A stretch of DNA of 32,000 bases from NCBI RefSeq assembly GCF_000299365.1, contig NC_018655.1:150001-182000 (forward strand), given 5' to 3'. The DNA comes from Candidatus Nitrosopumilus koreensis AR1. Lineage in GTDB: Archaea > Thermoproteota > Nitrososphaeria > Nitrososphaerales > Nitrosopumilaceae. Every line of letters begins with the position of its first letter. The first letter of the stretch is position 1. The notes below the pieces were generated by a model that worked only from the letters and a program-made list of their open reading frames with translations, did not search any database and was not told where the DNA came from. Position numbers and translations under genes: made by a program. This document shows, piece by piece, positions 1-7,816 of the stretch.

Positions 1-1332
1 CACACTGGAGCATTAATGGGTTCTGATGAAATTTATGATGCTCTTCTAAAACAATCTGGTGCAATCCGTGTTGATACAATGGAAGAATTATTTGATTATG
101 CAACAGCTTTCTCAAAACAACCACTGCCTTCAAGTGGTGATTTAGTTATTGTTTCAAATGCTGGTGGACCTGCAATTATCTCTACAGATGCATGTTCAAA
201 GGCTAACATTAAGATGGCTGATATTACAAATATCAGGAAAAAAATTGATGAGGTAATTCCTCCTTGGGGAAGTTCTAGAAATCCAGTAGACATTGTTGGT
301 GATGCTGATTTTAATAGATTCCATAATGTTTTGGATCGTGTATTAAAGCATCCAAAAGTTGGTTCTGTAATTTCCATGTGTACTCCTTCTGGTACGCTAA
401 ATTATGATAAACTTGCGGAAGTTATTGTTGATATGTCAAAAAAATACAAAAAAACAATGCTTGCAAGTTTGATGGGATTGGATGAAGGGATTACAAACAG
501 AGAAATTTTGGCTGCAGGAAATGTTCCATATTATACATATGCTGAAGGTGCAATCAGAACACTTGCTGCCATGATTAGGTTTTCTAACTGGGTCAAATCT
601 TCACCTGGTAAGATAACGAAATTTAAAGTAGACAAAACTAAAGCTAAAAAAATATTTGACAAAGTAAAAAAAGAGAAAAGACCAAATCTATTAGAAGAAG
701 AAGGTCAAGAAGTTCTCAAAGCATATGGTTTACCCCTTCCTAAAAGTGCACTTGCTAAAAATGAATCTGAAGCAGTAAAAATTGCAAAGCAAATTGGTTA
801 TCCTGTTGTAATGAAGATTGCATCTCCTCAAATTATTCATAAATCTGATGCAGGTGGTGTTAAAGTCAATTTAACAAATGATGCTGAAATTAAAGATGCT
901 TTCAAAACTATAGTCAAGAATGCAAAACAATACAACAAAAAAGCAGAGATCAAGGGCGTCTTGATTGTAGAGATGGTTAAAGGTGGCAAAGAATTAATCA
1001 TTGGTTCAAAACTAGAACCTGGATTCGGTTCCGTAATTATGCTGGGTATGGGCGGAATTTACGTTGAAGTTCTTAAAGATGTTACATTCAAACTTGCTCC
1101 AGTAACTGACAAAGAAGCAGATGATATGATAGCATCAATTAAAACTCAAAAACTCTTACAAGGAGTTAGAGGCGAAAAACCCTCTGACATTACAAAACTC
1201 TCTGAATGCATTCAGAGACTATCACAGCTAGTTTCTGACTTTAAAGAGATCAAAGAATTAGACATGAATCCTGTTCTTGTTATGGAAAAAGGAAAGGGAT
1301 GTCGAATTCTAGATGTACGAATAGGCATCTGA
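1..1332 (+). CDS. ADP-forming acyl-CoA synthetase, C-terminal part (5' end lies outside the window); likely the 4-hydroxybutyrate-CoA ligase type
   Basis: Frame 1 is open from base 1 (HTGALMG...), so the listed Met at 16 is internal. It has a CoA-ligase/succinyl-CoA-synthetase-like flavodoxin part followed by an ATP-grasp part (GYPVVMKIASPQIIHKSDAGGVKVNL). It sits directly upstream of 4-hydroxybutyryl-CoA dehydratase, as in Nitrosopumilus. Confidence 0.8.
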   Translation, partial: HTGALMGSDEIYDALLKQSGAIRVDTMEELFDYATAFSKQPLPSSGDLVIVSNAGGPAIISTDACSKANIKMADITNIRKKIDEVIPPWGSSRNPVDIVGDADFNRFHNVLDRVLKHPKVGSVISMCTPSGTLNYDKLAEVIVDMSKKYKKTMLASLMGLDEGITNREILAAGNVPYYTYAEGAIRTLAAMIRFSNWVKSSPGKITKFKVDKTKAKKIFDKVKKEKRPNLLEEEGQEVLKAYGLPLPKSALAKNESEAVKIAKQIGYPVVMKIASPQIIHKSDAGGVKVNLTNDAEIKDAFKTIVKNAKQYNKKAEIKGVLIVEMVKGGKELIIGSKLEPGFGSVIMLGMGGIYVEVLKDVTFKLAPVTDKEADDMIASIKTQKLLQGVRGEKPSDITKLSECIQRLSQLVSDFKEIKELDMNPVLVMEKGKGCRILDVRIGI

Positions 1333-1405
1333 TCGCCATTTATTCCTAAATTTGTGCAAGCGTAAATCTAGAATATTTATACAACATGAAACTGATTATT
1401 GTTAC

Positions 1406-2932
1406 ATGGCTAATGTCTTAAAGACAATTAGAACTGGTGATGATTATATTGAAAGCCTTAGAGGCCGAGATCTCAAAGTTTACCTTTTTGGTGAACTAGT
1501 TAAAGAACCAGTGGATCATCCTATGATCAGACCCTCAATTAATGCAGTTGCAGAAACTTATGATCTTGCAGTACGTGAAGAAGCACTAGCTTCTGCTGAC
1601 TCATCAATTACTGGACTTAAAGTAAATCGATTTTTACATATTGCAGAAAGCGCTGAAGATTTAGTTTTACAAAATAAAATGCAAAGAAAACTTGGTCAAA
1701 ATACTGGTACCTGTTTCCAAAGATGTGTTGGAATGGATGCCCTGAACTCTTTACACTCTACAACTTTTGAAATTGATGAAAAACATGGAACTGATTACCA
1801 TAAAAGATTTTTAGAATTTGTAAAAATGGTTCAAAAAGAAAATCTTGTAATTGGTGGTGCCATGACTGATCCTAAGGGAGATAGAAGTAAAGGACCATCA
1901 GAACAAGATGATCCTGATCTGTTTACACGTATTGTTGATACTGATGAAAAAGGAGTTTACGTTTCTGGGGCCAAAGCACATCAAACTGGATGCATAAATT
2001 CCCACTGGATAATTTTAATGCCAACTATTAGACTTACTGAAGCTGATAAAGATTGGGCAATTGTAGGTGCAATCCCTGCAGATGCAAAAGGAGTCACTTA
2101 CATTTACGGCAGGCAATCTTGTGATACTCGAAGTATGGAAGAAGGTGACATTGATGATGGTAATGCAAAATTTGGTGGTCAAGAAGCATTAATCATATTA
2201 GATCGAGTATTCATTCCATGGGATAAAATATTCATGCATGGGGAATATGAGTTTGCATCAATGCTTGTAGAACGTTTTACTTGTTATCATAGACGTAGTT
2301 ATGTATGCAAAACAGGTCTTGGTGATGTTCTAATTGGAGCTGCAGCTACCATTGCAGATTATAATGGTATTCCTAAAGTCTCACACATTAAAGACAAGAT
2401 TATTGAAATGACTCATCTCAATGAAACAATATTTGCTGCTGGTATTGCATCTTCTCATCAAGGACATAAGATGAAGTCTGGAGTTTATCTTAATGATGAT
2501 ATGCTTGCACAAGTTTGCAAACATAATGTCACACGATTCCCATATGAAATCAGTAGACTTGCACAAGATATTGCAGGTGGGTTGGTAGTTACTCTTCCAT
2601 CTGAAAAAGACTTCAGGCATCCAGAAGCCGGACCATTACTCAAAAAATATCTTGCTGGCAGAAAAGGTGTTGATGTTGAAAATAGAATGAGAATTTTAAG
2701 ATTAATTGAAAATATGACTTTGGGCAGAAATGCTGTTGGATATCTCACTGAATCAATGCATGGTGCAGGCTCTCCACAAGCACAGAGAATTCAAATTCAA
2801 AGACAAATGCAAGTAGGGTACAAAAAGAATCTTGCAAAGAATCTAGCAGGAATCACAAATGATGTTGAAGAACCTAAAGAATCTTCAGAATACTTTAAAC
2901 GAGTTTTCAAAACAAAGGATTCTGTTCTTTAA
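1406..2932 (+). CDS. abfD: 4-hydroxybutyryl-CoA dehydratase (4-hydroxyphenylacetate-3-hydroxylase/AbfD family)
   Basis: About 508 aa with the family-typical length and sequence (MANVLKTIRTGDDYIESLRGR...). The ATG at 1406 is preferred over the TTG at 1352 listed in the track, because the 18-aa extension MCKRKSRIF... looks non-coding. The upstream acyl-CoA synthetase partner supports the call. Confidence 0.85.
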   Translation: MANVLKTIRTGDDYIESLRGRDLKVYLFGELVKEPVDHPMIRPSINAVAETYDLAVREEALASADSSITGLKVNRFLHIAESAEDLVLQNKMQRKLGQNTGTCFQRCVGMDALNSLHSTTFEIDEKHGTDYHKRFLEFVKMVQKENLVIGGAMTDPKGDRSKGPSEQDDPDLFTRIVDTDEKGVYVSGAKAHQTGCINSHWIILMPTIRLTEADKDWAIVGAIPADAKGVTYIYGRQSCDTRSMEEGDIDDGNAKFGGQEALIILDRVFIPWDKIFMHGEYEFASMLVERFTCYHRRSYVCKTGLGDVLIGAAATIADYNGIPKVSHIKDKIIEMTHLNETIFAAGIASSHQGHKMKSGVYLNDDMLAQVCKHNVTRFPYEISRLAQDIAGGLVVTLPSEKDFRHPEAGPLLKKYLAGRKGVDVENRMRILRLIENMTLGRNAVGYLTESMHGAGSPQAQRIQIQRQMQVGYKKNLAKNLAGITNDVEEPKESSEYFKRVFKTKDSVL

Positions 2933-2965
2933 ATAAAAATTAACTGTAACATTTTGTTGTGACAC

Positions 2966-2972
2966 TTTTTTT
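2966..2972 (+). terminator. oligo-T tract (T7) downstream of abfD; candidate archaeal intrinsic terminator
   Basis: The sequence cacTTTTTTTgtttg lies about 35 nt after the stop codon. Archaeal RNA polymerase terminates at T-runs. Confidence 0.4.
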
Positions 2973-3026
2973 GTTTGAACATTTTATTTGAGATCATATA
3001 TTAATCACATATTTTCATAGTAACCA

Positions 3027-3941
3027 ATGACATATACAAAGAAAATCTTTCGTAAAACAACACTCATTCCGGTTCTATTAGCAATAGGATTCATGTTTAC
3101 AACTCCAATGCTTTTGGATGTTGCAGCAGCTCCTGGAGGTAATGGAAATGGAAATGGTGGTTCCACATCAATTCCTTCTGATGCATTACTTCCAGATATC
3201 TCACCTGGTGTTCCTAAACATCTTAATATTCATAATCAACAACAAAATGAATTTTTGAGATTTACAAATACATGGAACAATGTTGGTGTAGGTGCATTAG
3301 AATTTGAACCAGTTTTCCCAGATTCAGATGCTGTTGAAGGTACTACACAAGATGCATTCCAAAATCTATATGATGATGCAGGTAATTTTGCAATTCCTTC
3401 ACAAAAAATTTGGAGTACAACTGTTAGTGAGTTTATTTTCCATGAAACTCATAACCATTGGCACATTAGTGACATCGGAGAATTCTCGATCCGATCTGAT
3501 GATAACGGTGTCCCTGGTGAAATAGCTAAGAATGTTAATGGAGATGATGTTGCCGCTGTTAAAGTTGGATTTTGTATTGCTGATGTATACAAATACAATG
3601 GTGATAACTCTCCAACTTCCCAAAGAGTCTATTGGGATTGTGAAGTAGGTTTACAAGGAATCGCACCAGGTTGGGCTGATCAATATCATCAATCTGTCGA
3701 AGGAAACGAAATCAACATTACTGATCTTCCAAATGGAACTTACTTCCTAGTACACAAATGGAATCCTGCAAATGCATTTGTTGATGCAGATGTATCAAAC
3801 GATGAATCATGGATGAAATTTGATCTAACGGATGATGGAAATGGTAACAGAAAGATTGTTGAAATCGAAGGATTTGCTCCTGAATGTCAAGGTGATGGTT
3901 CTACACCTGGCATATGTGGCGAAATCAACAAAAACAACTAA
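3027..3941 (+). CDS. secreted lysyl-oxidase-like copper amine oxidase
   Basis: An N-terminal hydrophobic signal/anchor (TTLIPVLLAIGFMFTTPMLL) is followed by a GNGNGNG linker. The catalytic-domain motifs align by eye to human LOX: FHETHNHWH vs WHSCHQHYH (HxHxH Cu site); AVKVGFCIAD vs GHKASFCLED (LTQ Lys); QGIAPGWADQY vs QGLSPGCYDTY (LTQ Tyr); EINITDLPNGTYFLV..NP vs [21 protein letters not shown]. Confidence 0.65.
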   Translation: MTYTKKIFRKTTLIPVLLAIGFMFTTPMLLDVAAAPGGNGNGNGGSTSIPSDALLPDISPGVPKHLNIHNQQQNEFLRFTNTWNNVGVGALEFEPVFPDSDAVEGTTQDAFQNLYDDAGNFAIPSQKIWSTTVSEFIFHETHNHWHISDIGEFSIRSDDNGVPGEIAKNVNGDDVAAVKVGFCIADVYKYNGDNSPTSQRVYWDCEVGLQGIAPGWADQYHQSVEGNEINITDLPNGTYFLVHKWNPANAFVDADVSNDESWMKFDLTDDGNGNRKIVEIEGFAPECQGDGSTPGICGEINKNN

Positions 3942-3956
3942 TTTTTTTTCTTTTTT
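3942..3956 (+). terminator. T8-C-T6 tract immediately after the LOX-like stop codon
   Basis: The sequence taaTTTTTTTTCTTTTTTaatc lies in a convergent intergenic region. Confidence 0.45.
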
Positions 3957-4119
3957 AATCAAAAACCCATGTTCATAAACAATTCTATTCTTTTGAAACT
4001 TATGATTTCTCAGGATCCTTTTTTAGTAATTTTTACGTAATTATATTACCAAGCAAACAGGACGATCTCATGCTATTTTTGGCATAATGTGAACCTGTTT
4101 GCCTGAAATTTAGAAAAAT

Positions 4120-4827
4120 CTATTTTTTATATTCTTCTGATTTTCCATCTGATTTTGTAGATTCGTTTGATTCAGTTTCAGATGATTCTTCATTTTCTTT
4201 TGTTTCCTTTAGTTCTGTAGGTTCAGAATACTCTATGTCTTCTTCAATCTTATCAATATCTGATAATTCTTCAATCGTATCTGGGTTTTCTGAATCTAAA
4301 GGATCTGTAAATGATAATTCTTTTTCCTTTTTTCTTTTTGCTATTTGTTTGACAACCATTATTCCAATAACAATTGCAATAATGACATAATTGATGGGTG
4401 GTTTTAGTAATTGTGTGATGTATCCTACTTGTGGAAGAATATATGCTACTTTTCCAATGTATTCTTCTTCAGTAATTGGAAAGTCTGTTCCGGGTATTGA
4501 TGCTGGGTTTGCATCTCCTTTTGTTCGGATTGTTTTAGGATCATCATCTAAGATAGATGCAACTCTATGTACAATCACTCTATTGTGATCAGAAGGTCGA
4601 TTAAACACAATAATGTCCCCTACCTCGATTTCTTCAAATGGTTCATGCCCTTGAACAATTAACACATCATAAACTTCTAAAACAGGAATCATACTTCCAC
4701 TTGCAACCACATAAAATGGGTTTTGTGTTCCAAATGCAACTTGTAATCCAATCCAAATTACTAAAACACCTACTGCAACAATAACAACATCTTTGATAAT
4801 TCCTTTTGAAATAGACTTTTTTGCCAA
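4120..4827 (-). CDS. signal peptidase I, archaeal/Sec11 type (S26B), with an acidic C-terminal tail
   Basis: An N-terminal TM helix is followed by the SGSMIP (Ser nucleophile), VIVHRV (His) and KGDAN boxes. There is a second TM helix near the C-terminus and then a D/E/S/K-rich tail. Confidence 0.75.
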   Translation of the reverse strand: MAKKSISKGIIKDVVIVAVGVLVIWIGLQVAFGTQNPFYVVASGSMIPVLEVYDVLIVQGHEPFEEIEVGDIIVFNRPSDHNRVIVHRVASILDDDPKTIRTKGDANPASIPGTDFPITEEEYIGKVAYILPQVGYITQLLKPPINYVIIAIVIGIMVVKQIAKRKKEKELSFTDPLDSENPDTIEELSDIDKIEEDIEYSEPTELKETKENEESSETESNESTKSDGKSEEYKK

Positions 4828-4867
4828 TTACATAATCGCCTATTATATCATTGATTAAATTTACTGG

Positions 4868-5611
4868 TTATTGCAGCGACGTTCCACATTCTTCGCAGAA
4901 TTTTGAACCTTCTTTATTTGAAAATCCACACTTTGAGCATTTACCTGGTGGGGCACTCTCTTCTGGATTTCCTAATAAGATGACTTCACCCACTTTTTTG
5001 ATATTTTTCCATGGGATACTGCCTTCAGTTCCATCATTTTGAGTAATTACTAGAACCATTGATTGTGTTGAATCAATTCCAACCTGTTTTGCAATCCCGA
5101 TTTTGTTAGCATTTTCATCATATACTGCTCTGCCTTCAATTGAACTTACTGATGTTGCAGGACCCGGTTGGGTAGATGTTTCCTGTGTAGGTTGCGTCTT
5201 AGGTTGTTCAATTTGTTGTGATGTTTCAACTTGTGGTGCTCTTTCTGTTTGTGGCTCTAATGGTTTTGCATTTCCTACATCTCCTGATTCATCTTGTTTG
5301 TTGAATTCTCGGTATTCTGCAATTGATGATTCACATGTATTGCAAATGTATTGACCTCTTTCTGCAAGAATCAAATTCTCTGCAACTTCTTCATTTGGAT
5401 TTTCAAATTCAATTTTTGGTGCTCCCTCAAATTCTTTTTCACAAGTATTGCAAAAATGTTTAGAAATTTTATCTGCATCTAATCTACCAATTGGTGCCAA
5501 AAACAAATCTGGACCTCCCAGATTCCCTTTCATTTGTTGTTCATCTGTTACACGGGCCATTACATAGCCCCCAGAACCTCTTAATTTTTTTATTCTAAGT
5601 TCTGAACTCAT
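4868..5611 (-). CDS. hypothetical protein with an internal CxxC..CxxC zinc ribbon, a Q/T/P-rich linker, a PRC-barrel-like segment and a C-terminal double-CxxC zinc ribbon
   Basis: A long ORF carrying CNTCEKE...CNTCESS, then GRAVYDENANKIGIAKQVGID..VLVIT..IPWKNIKKVGEVILLG, and ending GKCSKCGFSNKEGSKFCEECGTSLQ. Confidence 0.6.
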   Translation of the reverse strand: MSSELRIKKLRGSGGYVMARVTDEQQMKGNLGGPDLFLAPIGRLDADKISKHFCNTCEKEFEGAPKIEFENPNEEVAENLILAERGQYICNTCESSIAEYREFNKQDESGDVGNAKPLEPQTERAPQVETSQQIEQPKTQPTQETSTQPGPATSVSSIEGRAVYDENANKIGIAKQVGIDSTQSMVLVITQNDGTEGSIPWKNIKKVGEVILLGNPEESAPPGKCSKCGFSNKEGSKFCEECGTSLQ

Positions 5612-5726
5612 ATCTGGGTTTTACCAAAACGTCATTTAAGTATATATCAGAATTAATTTTCCTACCAAAAATATGGTGTTAATTCTGGTGAACATTTTTA
5701 GGTACGAATAACAAATCAACAATACA

Positions 5727-6053
5727 ATGGGAATAACGCAAATTTCTGATGCAAAGTCTTGGGAAGTTGATGTGATAAATTCTGACATCCCTGTATTTGT
5801 AGACTTTTGGGCTGAATGGTGTGGTCCGTGTAGAATGGTGGGCCCGGTAGTTGAAGAACTGGCAGCTGACTATGATGGCAAAGTAAAATTTGTCAAGGTT
5901 AATGTTGATGAGGCTAATGAATTAGCATCAAAATACAATGTTTTTAGTATTCCAACCTTGATTCTCCTTAACAAAGGTGAGATAGTTAGCCAGCAAGTAG
6001 GTGCTGCTTCTAAAGAATCATACAAAAATATGATTGATAGGGCATTAGCATAA
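5727..6053 (+). CDS. trxA: thioredoxin
   Basis: 108 aa with the WCGPC active site and the typical VDFWAEWCGPCR...FSIPTLILL sequence. Confidence 0.9.
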   Translation: MGITQISDAKSWEVDVINSDIPVFVDFWAEWCGPCRMVGPVVEELAADYDGKVKFVKVNVDEANELASKYNVFSIPTLILLNKGEIVSQQVGAASKESYKNMIDRALA

Positions 6054-6066
6054 ATTTCAAAACACG

Positions 6067-6081
6067 TTTTTCTTATTTTTT
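6067..6081 (+). terminator. T-rich tract after thioredoxin
   Basis: The sequence cacgTTTTTcTTaTTTTTTcat starts 14 nt after the stop codon. Confidence 0.35.
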
Positions 6082-6178
6082 CATACTATAATTTTCTAAA
6101 AACTTACAATTTCTATTGTTTGTTTATTTTTGAAAAATTTGATAAATGAATAAAAGCACACTTCTGAGAGTAGTTTAG

Positions 6179-6250
6179 GGGCCGGTGGTTTAGGGGTATA
6201 ATGCCTCGTTCGCAACGAGGATGTCGAGGGTTCGATTCCCTCCCGGTCCA
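6179..6250 (+). tRNA. tRNA-Ala (anticodon CGC)
   Basis: Hand-folded cloverleaf. The acceptor stem GGGCCGG/CCGGTCC carries the G3:U70 Ala identity pair. The anticodon stem is CCTCG/CGAGG with loop TTCGCAA. The T-arm is GAGGG-TTCGATT-CCCTC and the discriminator is A. There is no intron and no encoded CCA. Confidence 0.9.
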
Positions 6251-6293
6251 CTTTTCCAGAAACTATTATACATAAACACCGAATATTATCTTC

Positions 6294-6653
6294 ATGGAAG
6301 TATTTGATGGCAAAAAAGCAGCACAAGAATACATGTCAAAACACACTTTGGCGTTTTCAACTCCAGAGCTAACTCTTATGAGGTTTGCATTTTGGTTAGG
6401 AGATTCTGTTCCAGATCCAAACAATGAAGGAAAAGGTATTCCAAGAATGATGACCTTTTTAACCGAGCAAGATTTTGAACCTGTTTTAATTGATGATGAA
6501 AAATACGAACCATCAGGAGCAGTTAAGAGCTCTGGATTAATGGGAAATGCCTATACTGAACAAAAAACTGATGGAAAGTTTTGTTCAGAATGTGGTACTA
6601 GCCTTTCAGCAACCGCAAAGTTTTGTCCTGAATGTGGAACAACACAAGAATAA
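6294..6653 (+). CDS. hypothetical protein with a C-terminal double zinc ribbon
   Basis: 119 aa ending GKFCSECGTSLSATAKFCPECGTTQE. A TATA-like ctattatacataaac lies about 20-30 nt upstream of the ATG. Confidence 0.6.
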   Translation: MEVFDGKKAAQEYMSKHTLAFSTPELTLMRFAFWLGDSVPDPNNEGKGIPRMMTFLTEQDFEPVLIDDEKYEPSGAVKSSGLMGNAYTEQKTDGKFCSECGTSLSATAKFCPECGTTQE

Positions 6654-6667
6654 ACTAATTTTTTATT

Positions 6668-7207
6668 TTATGCTTTAGTTCCACACTTTGTACAGAACTT
6701 TGCATTTGGTCTTAGTTCTGCACCACATGAAGAACACCCATTTCCATTATTTTGTGGGGCAGTTTGTCTTGGCATAAGTGATGGATCTGGTGATGGTAAT
6801 GTGCCGACATTGTTGAATGATTCTTGTGCAGATACAATTCCTGGCGGCCCTCCGCCTACTGGATTCTGTGCAGTTCCTGCCCTTGGTGGCATGTTGCCTG
6901 GCATACCTCCTGCCATTGTTCCTGGTTGTCCCATACCTGGCATTAAACCGGGTGATTGTGTACTTCCAGAACCTGAACCCATTGATTTTTTTAGTTCAAA
7001 AATTACTTTGATTGCTAAAAACTCTAATGCAGAATATGCTACCGTATAATCTCCTAATTTTTGGAAGAACTCTTTGTCACTTATCTGACCTTTCTTGTAC
7101 ATGTTGTTAGTATCAAGAAAGGATTCATAGTATCCCTGTGATTCATCAAACAAACTTTGGAGTTTGTCAAATAACATGTTTAGTGTGTCAACTTCTCCAA
7201 ATGACAT
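6668..7207 (-). CDS. hypothetical protein: helical N-domain, G/P/M-rich low-complexity region, C-terminal zinc ribbon
   Basis: 179 aa containing PGLMPGMGQPGTMAGGMPGNMPPRAG and ending CSSCGAELRPNAKFCTKCGTKA. Confidence 0.6.
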   Translation of the reverse strand: MSFGEVDTLNMLFDKLQSLFDESQGYYESFLDTNNMYKKGQISDKEFFQKLGDYTVAYSALEFLAIKVIFELKKSMGSGSGSTQSPGLMPGMGQPGTMAGGMPGNMPPRAGTAQNPVGGGPPGIVSAQESFNNVGTLPSPDPSLMPRQTAPQNNGNGCSSCGAELRPNAKFCTKCGTKA

Positions 7208-7530
7208 ACTCTGCTTCGGTTTTTGGAATATTAATTACTTTAGGATCTAAACTTGACTAAATATTGATTTTCTCAGAGAAAAAAGCAGTCTCCTTTGCTA
7301 TGGAGACTCTGTAATGTATTAACTAGTTTATGTGAGCTTTTGGGCCCCCAGCTAACACCGCGAGATGTCTCTGACTCAATGAATATTATACTGTCAAGTC
7401 TTTGTTAAAAAATCAGAGTCAAAAAGAATCACTTTTTACTAAATCTTTTTTGGTAATTTCTTAATATTCTACTTTGTCTTCTAAAAATTAATCATAAACA
7501 ATATTTGTCCTGCTGTTCAAAGCAATATTG

Positions 7531-7816
7531 ATGATCAAAAATATAGTGATAACTATAGTCTGTATTGTTTCAATAACTTCTATTGTTGTATTCTTTGTTC
7601 CATTAGTAGATGAATTTGAAACATTCAATTGTATTACGACTCCCTGTGAAATGCCAAAAAATCACCATCTTTGAATCCTTTCAAAAACAGTATTCTGTGA
7701 TTAACAGTTTTGAAGAATGTATGTCTGCTGGTAATCCTGTTATGGAATCCCATCCACGACAATGTAGAACAATTGATGGAAAACACTTTGTTGAGAAAAT
7801 AGATTCTTCACAATAA
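7531..7816 (+). pseudogene. small membrane-anchored/secreted Cys-containing protein apparently split by a 1-nt frame change in an A6 run (7656-7661)
   Basis: The frame starting at ATG 7531 encodes a clean TM/signal segment (MIKNIVITIVCIVSITSIVVFFVPLVDEFETFNCITTPCEMPKNHHL*, stop at 7672-7674). The listed ORF (7610..7816, frame +1 relative to it) has a non-hydrophobic N-terminus but a conserved-looking C-terminal domain, SFEECMSAGNPVMESHPRQCRTIDGKHFVE. Removing one A from the run fuses the two into a 94-aa protein with 4 ectodomain Cys. Confidence 0.4.

Noticed and set aside
96-377. This 93-aa minus-strand ORF, together with many similar listed ORFs that lie antisense or out of frame inside long genes: 2381..2620, 2485..2748, 3304..3525, 3399..3623, 4391..4588, 4851..5042, 5103..5354, 6801..7049, 6817..7011, 8737..9015, 8883..9086, 10116..10376, 10914..11117, 11142..11342, 11161..11439, 14040..14228, 17657..17848, 17779..17985, 18077..18409, 18631..18945, 19080..19379, 20510..20722, 20802..21047, 21711..21926, 21758..21949, 22802..23044, 23209..23415, 24998..25207, 28003..28338, 28525..28836, 29387..29581.
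   Set aside because: Each is fully embedded in a longer ORF with clear family motifs. Their translations are low-complexity or Cys/Ser/Phe/Ile-biased, as expected for shadow frames of AT-rich coding DNA. None carries a recognisable motif.
3130-3160. AATGGA-type microsatellite (ggtaatggaaatggaaatggtgg).
   Set aside because: It is in frame and simply encodes the GNGNGNG linker after the signal sequence of the LOX-like protein. It is not an independent repeat element.
6096-6326. 76-aa minus-strand ORF across the thioredoxin-downstream spacer.
   Set aside because: It is antisense to tRNA-Ala (6179-6250). The GC-rich tRNA keeps the frame open, so it is not a gene.
7520-7560. TGATGA (box-C-like) motifs at about 7528, and another at about 25296 inside an AGATGT..ACATCT inverted repeat, considered as C/D box sRNAs.
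   Set aside because: There is no appropriately spaced CTGA D box, no C'/D' pair and no terminal stem. The 7528 copy overlaps the likely ATG of the small secreted protein.
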